From an uncultured virus (IMG/VR IMGVR_UViG_3300033170_000307) (lineage: Duplodnaviria; Heunggongvirae; Uroviricota; Caudoviricetes), in IMG/VR virus record IMGVR_UViG_3300033170_000307: a stretch of 64,000 bases of DNA; one strand, written 5' to 3'. A program made the position numbers and the translations under genes. The stretch's first letter is position 1. Each line of letters begins with the position of its first letter. The notes under the pieces are model-generated. The model had not been told where the DNA came from and ran no database searches. It saw nothing but the letters and a program-made list of their open reading frames with translations. Below, in pieces: positions 35,101 to 43,854 of the stretch.

Positions 35101-37196
35101 ACCAGGACGTTAGCTACCAGCAGGTGCTCATCATTGATGGTTGGGATGACGGGGCTCTCGGCCGGGGTGCCCTTGACAACATGAACGGCGCCGTCAAGTC
35201 CCACCTGCAGAGCGTCGTAGCGCGGCAGGGCGGCGTAGTATTGGACCGCGAAGGTGGTGCCGGCGCGCGGGTACGCGAACCTGTCGTCCTCAAAGACCAC
35301 CTTGTTGCCGGCGAGGTTGTAGCTGTCGTTCGGGACGCTCTCGCCCTGCTCCAGGTCTCCCACTACGTAGTGGCCGGCGTACAGGTTGATGTAGAAGTAG
35401 TCACTCGTGACAGACACAGCCGTACCGCCATCGGACGCGCTGGTCGAGGCCGCCGCGAAGTAGATGTCTCCGCCTTCGCTGATGTAGTTGGTCACGTTGG
35501 TTGTGATGGTGCCCTGTAGCGAAGCCAGCGTCGCGCCAACAGTCCCCAGGCTCACCCAGGCGTCGGTGTTGAAGTTGAAGATGAACAGTTCCGCGCCGCC
35601 GCTGCCGGTTCCGTCCCAGCGGTAGTTGATGGTGTGGGCCTTGTCGGCTGCGTATGGGTGCTCGACCTTGAACACGTGCAGTGAGTGATGCAGGTTCTCG
35701 GCGGCGCTGTCGTTGGCGGCAGAGTTCGAATCGGCCGCTTCGAGCTTGGCGCGCTCGACGGTCGTCAACGCCGTGCAGGTGGCGTCGAAGAGGGCGTAGG
35801 TAGGCTTGTCGGCGGGCTTGGAAGCGGAGAACGTGCCGCTCAGGCGCTTGGTAAGCAGCGCAGGATTGGCCTGGGTGTACCTGTAGGCCACTTCGCCGCT
35901 CACAGACAGGATGGTGGTGGCCGGCTCGACGTTCAGCGCGTACTCTGTCGTTGACGGAGAGTACAGGTGGCCCTCGGTGACGGTGCGGTTCTCGCTTGGG
36001 GCGTCCGTTGGCTCGTCAAGCTGGACTGTCTGGCTCGGGACAACCACCCGCATGAGCCAGTCGTGCTGGGCCAGATGCTGCTCAATGTAGGCCACGCCGG
36101 CCGAGATGTTGACGTACATGCTCTGCATGCCGCCTGTCGGGACAACCCCGGTGACGATGCCTTCGCCGTCCAGGTCGGCGGCCCGGAGGCGCCCCTCGGA
36201 GAAGGCCAACTCCGCCCCGGCCACGGCTGAGTTCATGTCGTCAATCATGTCGTTGAACGCCTGCTGGAAGTCCAGAAGGTCTTCAGCCGGTGTCAGGATG
36301 CGGCGCTCGTCGTCAATGATGCCGTAGTCACCACTGATGATGTCGTCAGCGCTGAGGCCGGTCAGCTCCCGCGTCGCGTCTTCTTCCATGTTGCGGTACA
36401 GCTTGCCCTTGGGTCCGGGGTAGTACAGCTTAGCCAGCAGGATGGTGCCAGTAGAAGCCGTGGGCGGCAGGGCGAAGTAGCCGTTGTAGGCGCTCTGGAA
36501 GTAGGGGTCGTCTGCGGCTCCGGGGGTGTACTCCCACTCCTCTTCTTCAATCGGGCCGGGGGCCCAGCCCTGACCGGGCACAGAGTCCTCGGCCACACTG
36601 GTACCGACACTGCAATGCAGTGTCCCCTGCTGGTCGAGCTCCACAAACAGGATGCCCGGCACGCGGAAACGGTAGGTGGCGCGCAACTCTTCTTCGGCCC
36701 CGAGCTCAACGAGCAGGGTCACGATGCCGTGGGCGGCATCGAGGGTGTACTGGCTGTACCGGGTGAGAGCCTCATCCACTCCGGTGGCGCTATTGCGCTT
36801 GTAGAGCACGAACGAGCCATCGTCCACCACGTCCTCTCTCGCCAGTTCATAGCGGGTGGAGTTCTGCCCCGGCCCCTCGCTTTCCAGCAGCGTCAACTCC
36901 TGGGCCTCAACCGCAACGTATGGTTGAGGCACGGAGAGGTAGGCGCCGGAGTAGGCAGAGCGGTAGCCGTCAATGTAGGCGATGCCGGTCTCCACCAGCA
37001 CGATTCCACTGTAGGCTTCCCCAAACCCGATAGCACCGGCAGCTTCCAGAACCTTGAGGGTGTCCCCCAAAGTACCATCACCGTGCAGCTCTGCCACGGA
37101 TGTGCGCAGCGTCTCCACGGTGCTCATGACCCGGTTCTCTACATCACCAGGCCCGATGGTCTTCCTCCAGGCGGTCCCTTGCTGTTCGAGTCTCAT
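32145..37196 (-). CDS. Large virion structural protein (tail/baseplate-like), CBM-like domain
   Basis: 1683 aa, acidic and beta-rich; repeated V..G.AYI.G modules ending D.R; NGHFEHG...GW motif. Confidence 0.65.
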   Translation of the reverse strand: MRLEQQGTAWRKTIGPGDVENRVMSTVETLRTSVAELHGDGTLGDTLKVLEAAGAIGFGEAYSGIVLVETGIAYIDGYRSAYSGAYLSVPQPYVAVEAQELTLLESEGPGQNSTRYELAREDVVDDGSFVLYKRNSATGVDEALTRYSQYTLDAAHGIVTLLVELGAEEELRATYRFRVPGILFVELDQQGTLHCSVGTSVAEDSVPGQGWAPGPIEEEEWEYTPGAADDPYFQSAYNGYFALPPTASTGTILLAKLYYPGPKGKLYRNMEEDATRELTGLSADDIISGDYGIIDDERRILTPAEDLLDFQQAFNDMIDDMNSAVAGAELAFSEGRLRAADLDGEGIVTGVVPTGGMQSMYVNISAGVAYIEQHLAQHDWLMRVVVPSQTVQLDEPTDAPSENRTVTEGHLYSPSTTEYALNVEPATTILSVSGEVAYRYTQANPALLTKRLSGTFSASKPADKPTYALFDATCTALTTVERAKLEAADSNSAANDSAAENLHHSLHVFKVEHPYAADKAHTINYRWDGTGSGGAELFIFNFNTDAWVSLGTVGATLASLQGTITTNVTNYISEGGDIYFAAASTSASDGGTAVSVTSDYFYINLYAGHYVVGDLEQGESVPNDSYNLAGNKVVFEDDRFAYPRAGTTFAVQYYAALPRYDALQVGLDGAVHVVKGTPAESPVIPTINDEHLLVANVLVRHEGAVVASTEAADNDNALYDRRQVIWTGDEGQAAREDASSLVENLRMRTYELHGNVVSSGCRAYAYPSAAGSSIVRVGSGVYYALGYRREYAGSLLTYNFGSLADSEHRRDIIYMDTEGVVYNALGTPVALTEVSEPPDRPAGTILIAYVEMTADLVAASRVPQTAIYDMRTVQGQPDTGGDDGEDPVVVVDNNLLAYFNELGGEGLLAADVSVVAKATPSRSVDLSTATTSRAYISGQRVLPDAMASSYKTYEVSRPGAIAATNDENPNFHPFISLPQESAEANYFNLWSHLSPIEGLQFPLQSVSRIKANAWCDHTFRRAHGAAHTNRAWHLSYTSLAVDPESLPGAAEEFDSDGFEVNGEPVLTGEYESYENMMFSDGIAATSESSPDNGHYMMHVFAFRHVTNGGTVARIKARWDGTGEKPDANNDISYGAILQIWNGSSWETLADYDEDNLGTDVAIRLEGQVTSNLDDYRQTDDYIYIRVYNPLAADGTRGSELSTDFVCVWVLENGRWMVPNKVYNGHFEHGTGMPYGWEVVQGSASWDSSQADSLANKYNWYKDWDWLDNIDTGSRTEMDSGFYNDFRSKCLSLSNGGSDTIRVRQRFAIDQDSGTAFLKRPVRFSFDYWRNITEGEQDENFSVRLRLWNVDNELEADNTIMLDVGSCSWEEKVYNFIPEKHLSYGEVTILLADKTGTAKFDNFRLVELPDGTFETVDDETTFYSFYVEHDYEVGQDRIDWRCSGFDPYIASDYEVTYRHWLLRTDSCQLTAGNSFAVYTGAEGATATPPPQQLRCLELARIVIRGDRPIKDADDGWCSYIANLNPVIFTGDEGVEHRVELAKLQAELGPLMRNSFLFGCTPTRVSSTKVTVGIGAYWCDGVEIERLEVGEAGTPGGESGRYYLVATADANGAPTFSWVYCASGWPSTGPAVMQISWDKDAGTFADDMVDLRGIQNAPPPADAVGVLSESVFSDQHFTHVFNFRK

Positions 37197-37210
37197 TTGC
37201 TTTCCCTCAG

Positions 37211-38378
37211 GTCAACTACTGCCGCCACTAAAGTAGCGTAGTTCGCAGGTGGTTCGTCAGAGCCCCCGCGTATGGCTGATTGACTGCAGCCCTACGGCCG
37301 ATTTCGACCGCAGCGAAGTGGTCGGCTGGCCCAGCGAGACCGCACGACACACAGAGAAACTGGTCGCGAGTAGGACGATTCTCCTTCGCGACATGACCAC
37401 ACCCAGGACAAGTTCGGCTCGTGTTCTTGGGGTCTACCTTGACAAACGGCACACCTGCCAACGCAGCCTTGTACTCGACAAACGAGGCCAACTGGTGGAA
37501 GCCCCAAGAATGTAGTGCGCGACGCTGAGCCTTGCGAACCGTTACCCGCTCGCGGATTCCCGTCAAGTCTTCGACGGCAATACCACGGTCGGTGCCTTGG
37601 GCTTTCGCGACTACATGTTTGGAGATTCTGTGATTCACGTCTCGGGCAAAACGAGCCTCTTTCCCGCTCTGCTGCTTTAGCCGACGCGTAGCCGACTGGC
37701 TGCCTTTGCTTTGGAGTTTGGACCGTAGTGACGCATGGCGACGGCGTAGGCCATTGACCTCGGCCCCACTGAAGTTCTCGCCGTCGCTGTCGGTGGTAAT
37801 GTTGACGACACCCATGTCCACGCCGAGCCAGTCTTTAGGCTCTGACTTGAGAGGCTCGGGGAGCTCTACTACGACGCAGAGGTAGAATGTACCGCGTTCG
37901 AGTATGAGGTCTGCTTGCCCGCGCATACCGTAAGCCGTGATGCGGTCGCTGGCGTAAGCGTAGGCAACAATTGGTACCTTGAGCCGACCCGCCAGCGAGA
38001 GGATTGAAGCGGTATCAAGGCCCTTGAATGAAAGGACCCGCTGGTCGTAGACGGCAGAACCATGTGGCCGGAAAGTTGGACGGATTGACCTGTCCCGCTT
38101 ATAGGCTTCGCAGACCTTAGCAATAGCTCGGACGGCCAGTTGGGCTGGTAGCCCGAAGCGCTCTCGGGTCTCGTGGTAGGCCAACTTCTGGAGCTTCAGC
38201 TTGTTGGCGGTACCGTTCTCGAACGCAACTTCCCCCAGGTAGTTACAGGCAGCGTTGAAGACCTCCAGGGTATGGACAAGAGCCTGGTGCTGGTCAGCGG
38301 ATGGGAGAAGTTTGAGCTTCAATGTGGTCTTCATGTCTGGAAGTATTCCGCGTTGCGGCACGCATTGACGAAAAAAGG
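37211..38378 (-). mobile_element. tnpB-only element, 1168 bp
   Basis: Same ends as 3883-5049; inserted right after CATAA, whose TAA is the stop codon of the upstream gene. Confidence 0.8.
37228..38334 (-). CDS. tnpB: TnpB nuclease, close paralog of 3856-5004
   Basis: GVDMG, VEDL, ADHFAA, CPGC/CVSC; aligns by eye end-to-end with the 3856 copy. Confidence 0.95.
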   Translation of the reverse strand: MKTTLKLKLLPSADQHQALVHTLEVFNAACNYLGEVAFENGTANKLKLQKLAYHETRERFGLPAQLAVRAIAKVCEAYKRDRSIRPTFRPHGSAVYDQRVLSFKGLDTASILSLAGRLKVPIVAYAYASDRITAYGMRGQADLILERGTFYLCVVVELPEPLKSEPKDWLGVDMGVVNITTDSDGENFSGAEVNGLRRRHASLRSKLQSKGSQSATRRLKQQSGKEARFARDVNHRISKHVVAKAQGTDRGIAVEDLTGIRERVTVRKAQRRALHSWGFHQLASFVEYKAALAGVPFVKVDPKNTSRTCPGCGHVAKENRPTRDQFLCVSCGLAGPADHFAAVEIGRRAAVNQPYAGALTNHLRTTLL

Positions 38379-39134
38379 TTATGTGACGAGCTCGGACATG
38401 TAGTACCTCGTCAGGTATTCATCGGCGTGGCGGTAGGCGGCCCAGGTACCGATGTCCAGCTCGGGTTGTCGCGTCTCTATGGTCGCCAGCTTGCCCTCGC
38501 TGCTCAGAGCCTGCAGGAGGGAATCGCCGCTCGGGTGTTCGAGTATCGCGGAGGAGCGGATAGCGGCTGCCCCTGTCCATACCTTGGAGCCTGGGTAACG
38601 CCGGTCTGGCTTCTCTACGGGCTTCCAGTTGCCGTTGTGAGGCACTAGAACGCCCTTGTCTCGGTCATACTCGGTCCAGGGCCTAACCAGCAGGCAGGCG
38701 CTGAAAGTAGTGGGTAGTGAGCGGAGTCGTTCGGCGAGAATGGCGGGGTGTTTGGGGACGATGGTGTCGCCGTTCAGACAGACCACAATGTCCTGTAGAC
38801 AGCCGCCTTCGGCCAAGGCATGTAGCACCTGGCCGGGTGGCTGGAGGTAGTCTTCCACGGTCACGTCGAACTCCATGGCGCTCCCCAGCCCCAGAATCTG
38901 ATTGGACTTCCACCAGGCGGTAACGGTGGGCTCCAGACCGCCATGTCGCAGGTACGTCACCTGCCAGTAGAGCAGGGGGCGCCCCAACACATGGAGCATG
39001 GGTTTGGCCACTTTGTCCGTGATTTCTCCTAGCCTGGTGCCCCGCCCGGCCGCAAAGACAACCGAGTCGTATGGCAGCTTCAGCATTTCGCTCACCCTGC
39101 CTAACCACGAAGCCGGCGACGGCTTCGCTACCAT
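38379..39134 (-). CDS. Sugar-phosphate nucleotidyltransferase (HddC-like)
   Basis: AAGRGTRL, KPML, LNGDT, VEKP, LDIGT. Confidence 0.85.
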   Translation of the reverse strand: MVAKPSPASWLGRVSEMLKLPYDSVVFAAGRGTRLGEITDKVAKPMLHVLGRPLLYWQVTYLRHGGLEPTVTAWWKSNQILGLGSAMEFDVTVEDYLQPPGQVLHALAEGGCLQDIVVCLNGDTIVPKHPAILAERLRSLPTTFSACLLVRPWTEYDRDKGVLVPHNGNWKPVEKPDRRYPGSKVWTGAAAIRSSAILEHPSGDSLLQALSSEGKLATIETRQPELDIGTWAAYRHADEYLTRYYMSELVT

Positions 39135-39152
39135 GAAGTATTCCGTGCCGCC

Positions 39153-39779
39153 CTACTGCCCGCTGAAAGCGGCCACCAGGGCTTCCATGACGTTCTTATC
39201 ACCCACACGCTCGAAGGCAATGTCGGCGTTCTCCGCCATCTGCTCGTCGCTGTCCATGTCGCCCAGCATGAGTTCCAGGGCAGGCGGCTTCCCGGTGATG
39301 ACGGACACGATGTCGCGCGCCAGCTCTACCATGCCGATGCCAGGCTTGCGGCACTTGCAGTGGGCGTCTGTCCCGTGCATGCAGTAGATGCTGGCGGTGG
39401 GCTGGAGCCCTATCTGGCGCCAGAGCGCATCATCAATGAGCTCCAGCGTCTGAGGGGTCATGTGCCCAGCTTCGACGCCGCCCTGGTTCGAGAGCACGAA
39501 GACGAACGGCGTGTAGCCCATGGCTAGCTGCATCGCTTCGCGCGCGCCGGCTGCCGGGATGATGTCTTCTGGGCTATTGACGTACTTCTTGTCGCCGCGA
39601 CAGGCGCTTAGAACCCCGTCTCGGTCAAAGTAGACAGCGAGATAGTTGTCGCGGGGCTCAAGCCCACGAAGGTACTCCTGTATCCCAGCGAGCGGGCGGT
39701 GCAGAAAGAGCGCAGGCGCTCCCAGTCGTTTCTGTGTCGTAGGCATACTAAAACGAACCCTCCTCGTCCGCCACCGCAC
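39153..39779 (-). CDS. gmhB: Heptose bisphosphate phosphatase-like HAD enzyme (GmhB family)
   Basis: FDRDGV, LSNQGGV, CMH....CKCRKPGIGM, MLGDMDSD. Start unclear. Confidence 0.8.
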   Translation of the reverse strand: MRWRTRRVRFSMPTTQKRLGAPALFLHRPLAGIQEYLRGLEPRDNYLAVYFDRDGVLSACRGDKKYVNSPEDIIPAAGAREAMQLAMGYTPFVFVLSNQGGVEAGHMTPQTLELIDDALWRQIGLQPTASIYCMHGTDAHCKCRKPGIGMVELARDIVSVITGKPPALELMLGDMDSDEQMAENADIAFERVGDKNVMEALVAAFSGQ

Positions 39780-40627
39780 AGTCGCGCGGCGCAGCCCAGT
39801 TGTTGTAGCTCTTCCACTATCGCTCCGGCGCGACCGGCCAGAGCGGACGGATGTGTCTCCTTCTTGATGGCCCAGGAGGCGGCCACGGCATCGTACAAGT
39901 AGCCGGGGTTGTTGTTATTGACCTGGTTGTAGGTCTCGATGGCCAGGCAAACCCCGGCGCGCGTCATGTTCTCCTTGGCGCAGATGGACGCGATGTTGCC
40001 GGAGAAGTCTTTGAAGCCATTCTGGAGCTGCTCTTCTTCTGGAACGTGGATGATGGCGCAGTGCGAGGAGACCCACTCAGTTAGCCGTTCGGTGGCGTCG
40101 TCATTGACCGGGTAGACCTCTACCCCGTCCTTCTCGAAGAGCAGCAGGTTGGCGCCACCGTAGGAGCAGGCGTAGATTTCCTGCAGGCCCATGTCGCGGC
40201 CCAGTCCATCTACCTCGACCTGCTTTGCGCGTTGTGCGACGACCTCTGGAATCAGGTCGTCTTTCCACCCCGTCAGTCTCAACAGCATGGAGCAGAAACC
40301 GGCCGAGAAGGCGCTGCTGGCCCCGAGCCCGGTATTGTGGCCGGGGAGCTCGCCGTGGCAACTGATTTCCAGTGGCGGGCAGTCCGGGTGGATGGTTGAT
40401 ACGGCCTGGCGGATGATGTCATGGTTGATGTCGCAGGCGGCGGCGCACTTCTCTTCGCTTCGGTAGCGCACCAGCCACTGCTTATCGAAAGATGGATGCG
40501 CCAGACCATAGAGGCGCTGGTGCGTGGCAAAGCTGAAGACGGCACCGAGTTCCTTGTTGAACCATCCGGGAACGTCGCTTCCGCCTCCGGCTATCGAGAT
40601 TCTATAAGGGGCTGAAAACAACCACAT
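39608..40627 (-). CDS. GHMP kinase, heptose-7-phosphate kinase (HddA-like)
   Basis: APYRISIAGGGSD, TGLGASSA, G.Q..YACSYGG.N, CGGGRGGF. Confidence 0.85.
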   Translation of the reverse strand: MWLFSAPYRISIAGGGSDVPGWFNKELGAVFSFATHQRLYGLAHPSFDKQWLVRYRSEEKCAAACDINHDIIRQAVSTIHPDCPPLEISCHGELPGHNTGLGASSAFSAGFCSMLLRLTGWKDDLIPEVVAQRAKQVEVDGLGRDMGLQEIYACSYGGANLLLFEKDGVEVYPVNDDATERLTEWVSSHCAIIHVPEEEQLQNGFKDFSGNIASICAKENMTRAGVCLAIETYNQVNNNNPGYLYDAVAASWAIKKETHPSALAGRAGAIVEELQQLGCAARLCGGGRGGFVLVCLRHRNDWERLRSFCTARSLGYRSTFVGLSPATTISLSTLTETGF

Positions 40628-40646
40628 CGCACAACACCTTTGCGCG

Positions 40647-41567
40647 TCAGAGATAGGACTGCACGGCTTCTCGCAGTGCGTCCTCCACGTTCTTCCTATC
40701 TGGCCGGCGCAGTTCTGGGAAGTGAGCTTCCACCCGTGCTGGGTCCAGATGGGTCCATTGCGTTTCCCCAAGGACCAGGGGGGCAGACCAGTCAATGACC
40801 ATCTTGAAGCCGGCGCGCGCCAGTTCGCGCGTGACGATTTCGCCCACCTCTCCGTTGGTCATCACAAAGCCAGAGGCGATGTCGAAAGCGTAGACGGCCG
40901 GCTCTTGCGGCTTGGATAGAGCGGCTACCAGAACAGAAGCCACATACTCGACAGGAACGTAGTCCCTGCCGACAGAGCCATCACCCCGGCAGAGCGCCGG
41001 CCGTTCGGCATTGGGGTACTGCTTGGCATGCTTGACGAGGTACGGCACAAGCCCACGACAGCGCGCGCCCACCACATTCCCGAAGCGCATGATGTAGCCC
41101 AGCCCGCCGCTTTCCTGGGCCCACAGGCGCAGGAGCTTCTCGTCGCTGTTCTTGGTTGAGCCGTAGAGCCCTACCGGCGTACCGTGAAGCTGGTACCCGT
41201 GCTCATTGCCGTACACGGCCCCCGATGACGCCAGAACGACGCGCCTGGGGCTCAGGTGCTTCAGGGTGTTGATGAAGCCGAGCTCGTTGACCCGTATCAT
41301 CTCAGCAGCGGCGTCGAGGCCGTCTACTTGAACTGCGGCCTTGGCCGCCAGATGGATGAGGGAGCAGTTGCGGAAGGGGGAGGCGAGCACGGACATTTGC
41401 TCTGGGCTGCAGATGTCTACTTCGAACGGGGCGTAGCCACCACAGGATGGGCTTGCTACGTCAATCCCTATTGCTTCGGAAGAGGATGGCAGGAGACTCA
41501 TAACGTGAGAGCCAATGAAGCCGGAACTACCCGTCACAACTGTTGCGGAACTCGATGATGGCGCCAT
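40647..41567 (-). CDS. NAD-dependent epimerase/dehydratase
   Basis: VTGSSGFIG, HLAA, SSGAVYG, YGSTK, RFGNV.G, RDY. Confidence 0.9.
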   Translation of the reverse strand: MAPSSSSATVVTGSSGFIGSHVMSLLPSSSEAIGIDVASPSCGGYAPFEVDICSPEQMSVLASPFRNCSLIHLAAKAAVQVDGLDAAAEMIRVNELGFINTLKHLSPRRVVLASSGAVYGNEHGYQLHGTPVGLYGSTKNSDEKLLRLWAQESGGLGYIMRFGNVVGARCRGLVPYLVKHAKQYPNAERPALCRGDGSVGRDYVPVEYVASVLVAALSKPQEPAVYAFDIASGFVMTNGEVGEIVTRELARAGFKMVIDWSAPLVLGETQWTHLDPARVEAHFPELRRPDRKNVEDALREAVQSYL

Positions 41568-42594
41568 CCAGGTTGACCTGCCCTTGGTGCTGTCCTTGCG
41601 CTCGAAGAGAGCGCCAGGCGAGAAGTAGAAGATGCCCAATGCTGTAAGAGTAGTCTGCGGGTACGCCGTTTGGGTAGGTCACCGTCACGGCGGCCGGCAA
41701 ACCGGACATCATGTAGGCCGTCTCCCCAATGGGGAGGTTGCTGAAAGGAGTGGCCGCCATCGGCCCCTGCACCAACAACAACGGCTCTCTTGCATCATAT
41801 ATCGAGGCGGCGCTCGCTCGCGCCTTCTCGTGAGACATGTTCCAGGAGAACTTGTTGAGCATGTCGCTTCGCGTCTTCTGCCGCTCATGCTGTACGGCGA
41901 CGTACACGGGCGCCGGCACATGGATGAAGCGAACGCCATGGGCCGCTGCTCGCAGCCACATGTCATAGTCCTCGGCGGCCGGCAGGTTCCGCTGACCCCC
42001 CAGCGCAAAGTACAGCCACGTGGGCATCAGGGTGCTTTGGCACGACACGCAGCAACCTTCCTGTAGCCGTTGGTAGGTTGCCGGGCCCCCGCTATCGTAA
42101 AGCGTATGCCGGCCCAAGCTGTCGCGGACCCAGGCATTGGCGTGGAAGATACCGATGCCGGCTGTAGTGCTGAGGACTTCCAGGGCGCAAGAGATGCGAC
42201 CGGTCAGCACGGCGTCGTCTGGGTCTATCCAGCCAATGAAGTCGCCGCTGGCGCGCCGGGCGCCCATGTTGCGAGCGTAACCCAGGGGCAGGTTGGTCTC
42301 GCTGCGGATTAGCTCGATGGGGAACGGAAAGGTGTACTTGTCTATGTAGTCGAAGAGCTTGTGAGTTTCTTCGACCGAGGAGCCGTTGTTGACGACTACC
42401 AGGTCAAGCACACTGGTTTCTTGTTCGGACAGATTGACCAGGCTGTCGAAGGCTTCGCGCATCCTGCTGCTGTAGTTGTAGAACGGCATGATGAGCGTGA
42501 CCCTGCTCTGTGGTAGATGCAGGGGGCGGGGGTTGTCCAGGGTCAGTGTAGCGGACGTTCGCGCCCCTCCAGTGGAATGGAGTACCCTCAGCAT
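41527..42594 (-). CDS. Glycosyltransferase family 2
   Basis: LIMPFYN, VVNNGS, ARNMG, WIDPDD, EDYDMWLR. Confidence 0.9.
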   Translation of the reverse strand: MLRVLHSTGGARTSATLTLDNPRPLHLPQSRVTLIMPFYNYSSRMREAFDSLVNLSEQETSVLDLVVVNNGSSVEETHKLFDYIDKYTFPFPIELIRSETNLPLGYARNMGARRASGDFIGWIDPDDAVLTGRISCALEVLSTTAGIGIFHANAWVRDSLGRHTLYDSGGPATYQRLQEGCCVSCQSTLMPTWLYFALGGQRNLPAAEDYDMWLRAAAHGVRFIHVPAPVYVAVQHERQKTRSDMLNKFSWNMSHEKARASAASIYDAREPLLLVQGPMAATPFSNLPIGETAYMMSGLPAAVTVTYPNGVPADYSYSIGHLLLLAWRSLRAQGQHQGQVNLDGAIIEFRNSCDG

Positions 42595-43847
42595 GTCAGC
42601 CTCCCTATGGAGAAGAGACGGCCCCAGCCGTCAACGCCGCGTAGCCGCCAGGCGTCGAAGACCTTGGACTTCACAGCACACAGTTCGGCGGTCATCTCGG
42701 CCAACTCCAGCGGGTCATTGTTGGCAACCTTGCTGACGATGTTGGGGATGGCCCACAGGGCTGTATGAGTAGAAGCCGGGACGATGGGGATAACCCCAGA
42801 CATCAGAGCCGAGAGAGCTAGGTCTGCTGTCGCCTGGGTATCGTCGCAGGCGACGAAGCACCGAGCATCGGGGAGGGTCTTGCTGTCTGGTTCAACCACA
42901 GCGACAGAGACCCCACGCTTTGCCAGTGCGGCCGCGACCTGCTCCGTAGCAAGACCAGACAGAACTGCGTCCACACCTTGGTTCGGCTTGATGGCGACGC
43001 GAGGCACCCCGAAGACCACCGGCTTTCTCAGGAGACAGGCGCGCGCGGCGGCCGCCAGAGAGCCGGAATAGGAAATGGCATAGGACTCCCGGTCGGTTTT
43101 GCACAACACCTGCCCGTGTCTGTTCCAGGTCACTTCAGCGTCTTCCCCGCCGCTCTCCCTGCCGATGGATAGGCGCTCGGCCATGCGCTTGTCGGCCGTG
43201 ACGTTGTACCCGGTTCCGGCCAGACGGCCGGCCCAGATGGCAGCCTCTCCCGGCAACTGCTTGGCATCATCACTCTTCCTGAAAACGATGCTGTGCGGTA
43301 GCGTCTTGACGGTCCCGAGACGGACGGCTTCGGCCACCATGGCGCCCGCCGTGTGGCGCAACACTTGCGATACGCGGTCGGCGAGATTCATGGACGGGTC
43401 GTGGCTCCCATGACGCCAGGTGTCATTGGGCTTGGGCTTGTCGCCGAAGACGGCCAATTGGCCATCCCAGACACCGAAGTCCGCACCGTGCTGAGTCACA
43501 AACAACTCCCGCTCAATGCCGACATACACGGTGCCGCCTTCTTGGTAGAGCTCGATGTTGACCGGATGCTCAGCGTCAACCTTGAGGCCGGTCTCTTCCG
43601 CTTTCGCTTTCCAGGGACCGGGCATGTGAGTGAGTACAGACTCTATGTCGTAGAACCGAAGAGCCTGAGCCAGACAGATGGCTCTCTGTGGGATGTCATC
43701 CTTGATGCCGACCGGGGCGAAAGCATTGGAGGGGAGCGCCCCAGACAAAGCCACGGCTCGGGCCGAAATCGCCTCGTCGGGGCGCATCGAGAAGTCGTAA
43801 CCCAGGGACAGCACCATGTCGGATGTAATAGTTCTGCTATCGCTCAT
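42588..43847 (-). CDS. Hypothetical protein in the glycosylation cluster
   Basis: Long ORF in gene order; weak GT-B-like C-terminus (ALMSGVIPIV). Confidence 0.6.
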   Translation of the reverse strand: MSDSRTITSDMVLSLGYDFSMRPDEAISARAVALSGALPSNAFAPVGIKDDIPQRAICLAQALRFYDIESVLTHMPGPWKAKAEETGLKVDAEHPVNIELYQEGGTVYVGIERELFVTQHGADFGVWDGQLAVFGDKPKPNDTWRHGSHDPSMNLADRVSQVLRHTAGAMVAEAVRLGTVKTLPHSIVFRKSDDAKQLPGEAAIWAGRLAGTGYNVTADKRMAERLSIGRESGGEDAEVTWNRHGQVLCKTDRESYAISYSGSLAAAARACLLRKPVVFGVPRVAIKPNQGVDAVLSGLATEQVAAALAKRGVSVAVVEPDSKTLPDARCFVACDDTQATADLALSALMSGVIPIVPASTHTALWAIPNIVSKVANNDPLELAEMTAELCAVKSKVFDAWRLRGVDGWGRLFSIGRLTC

Positions 43848-43854
43848 GGGTGCA

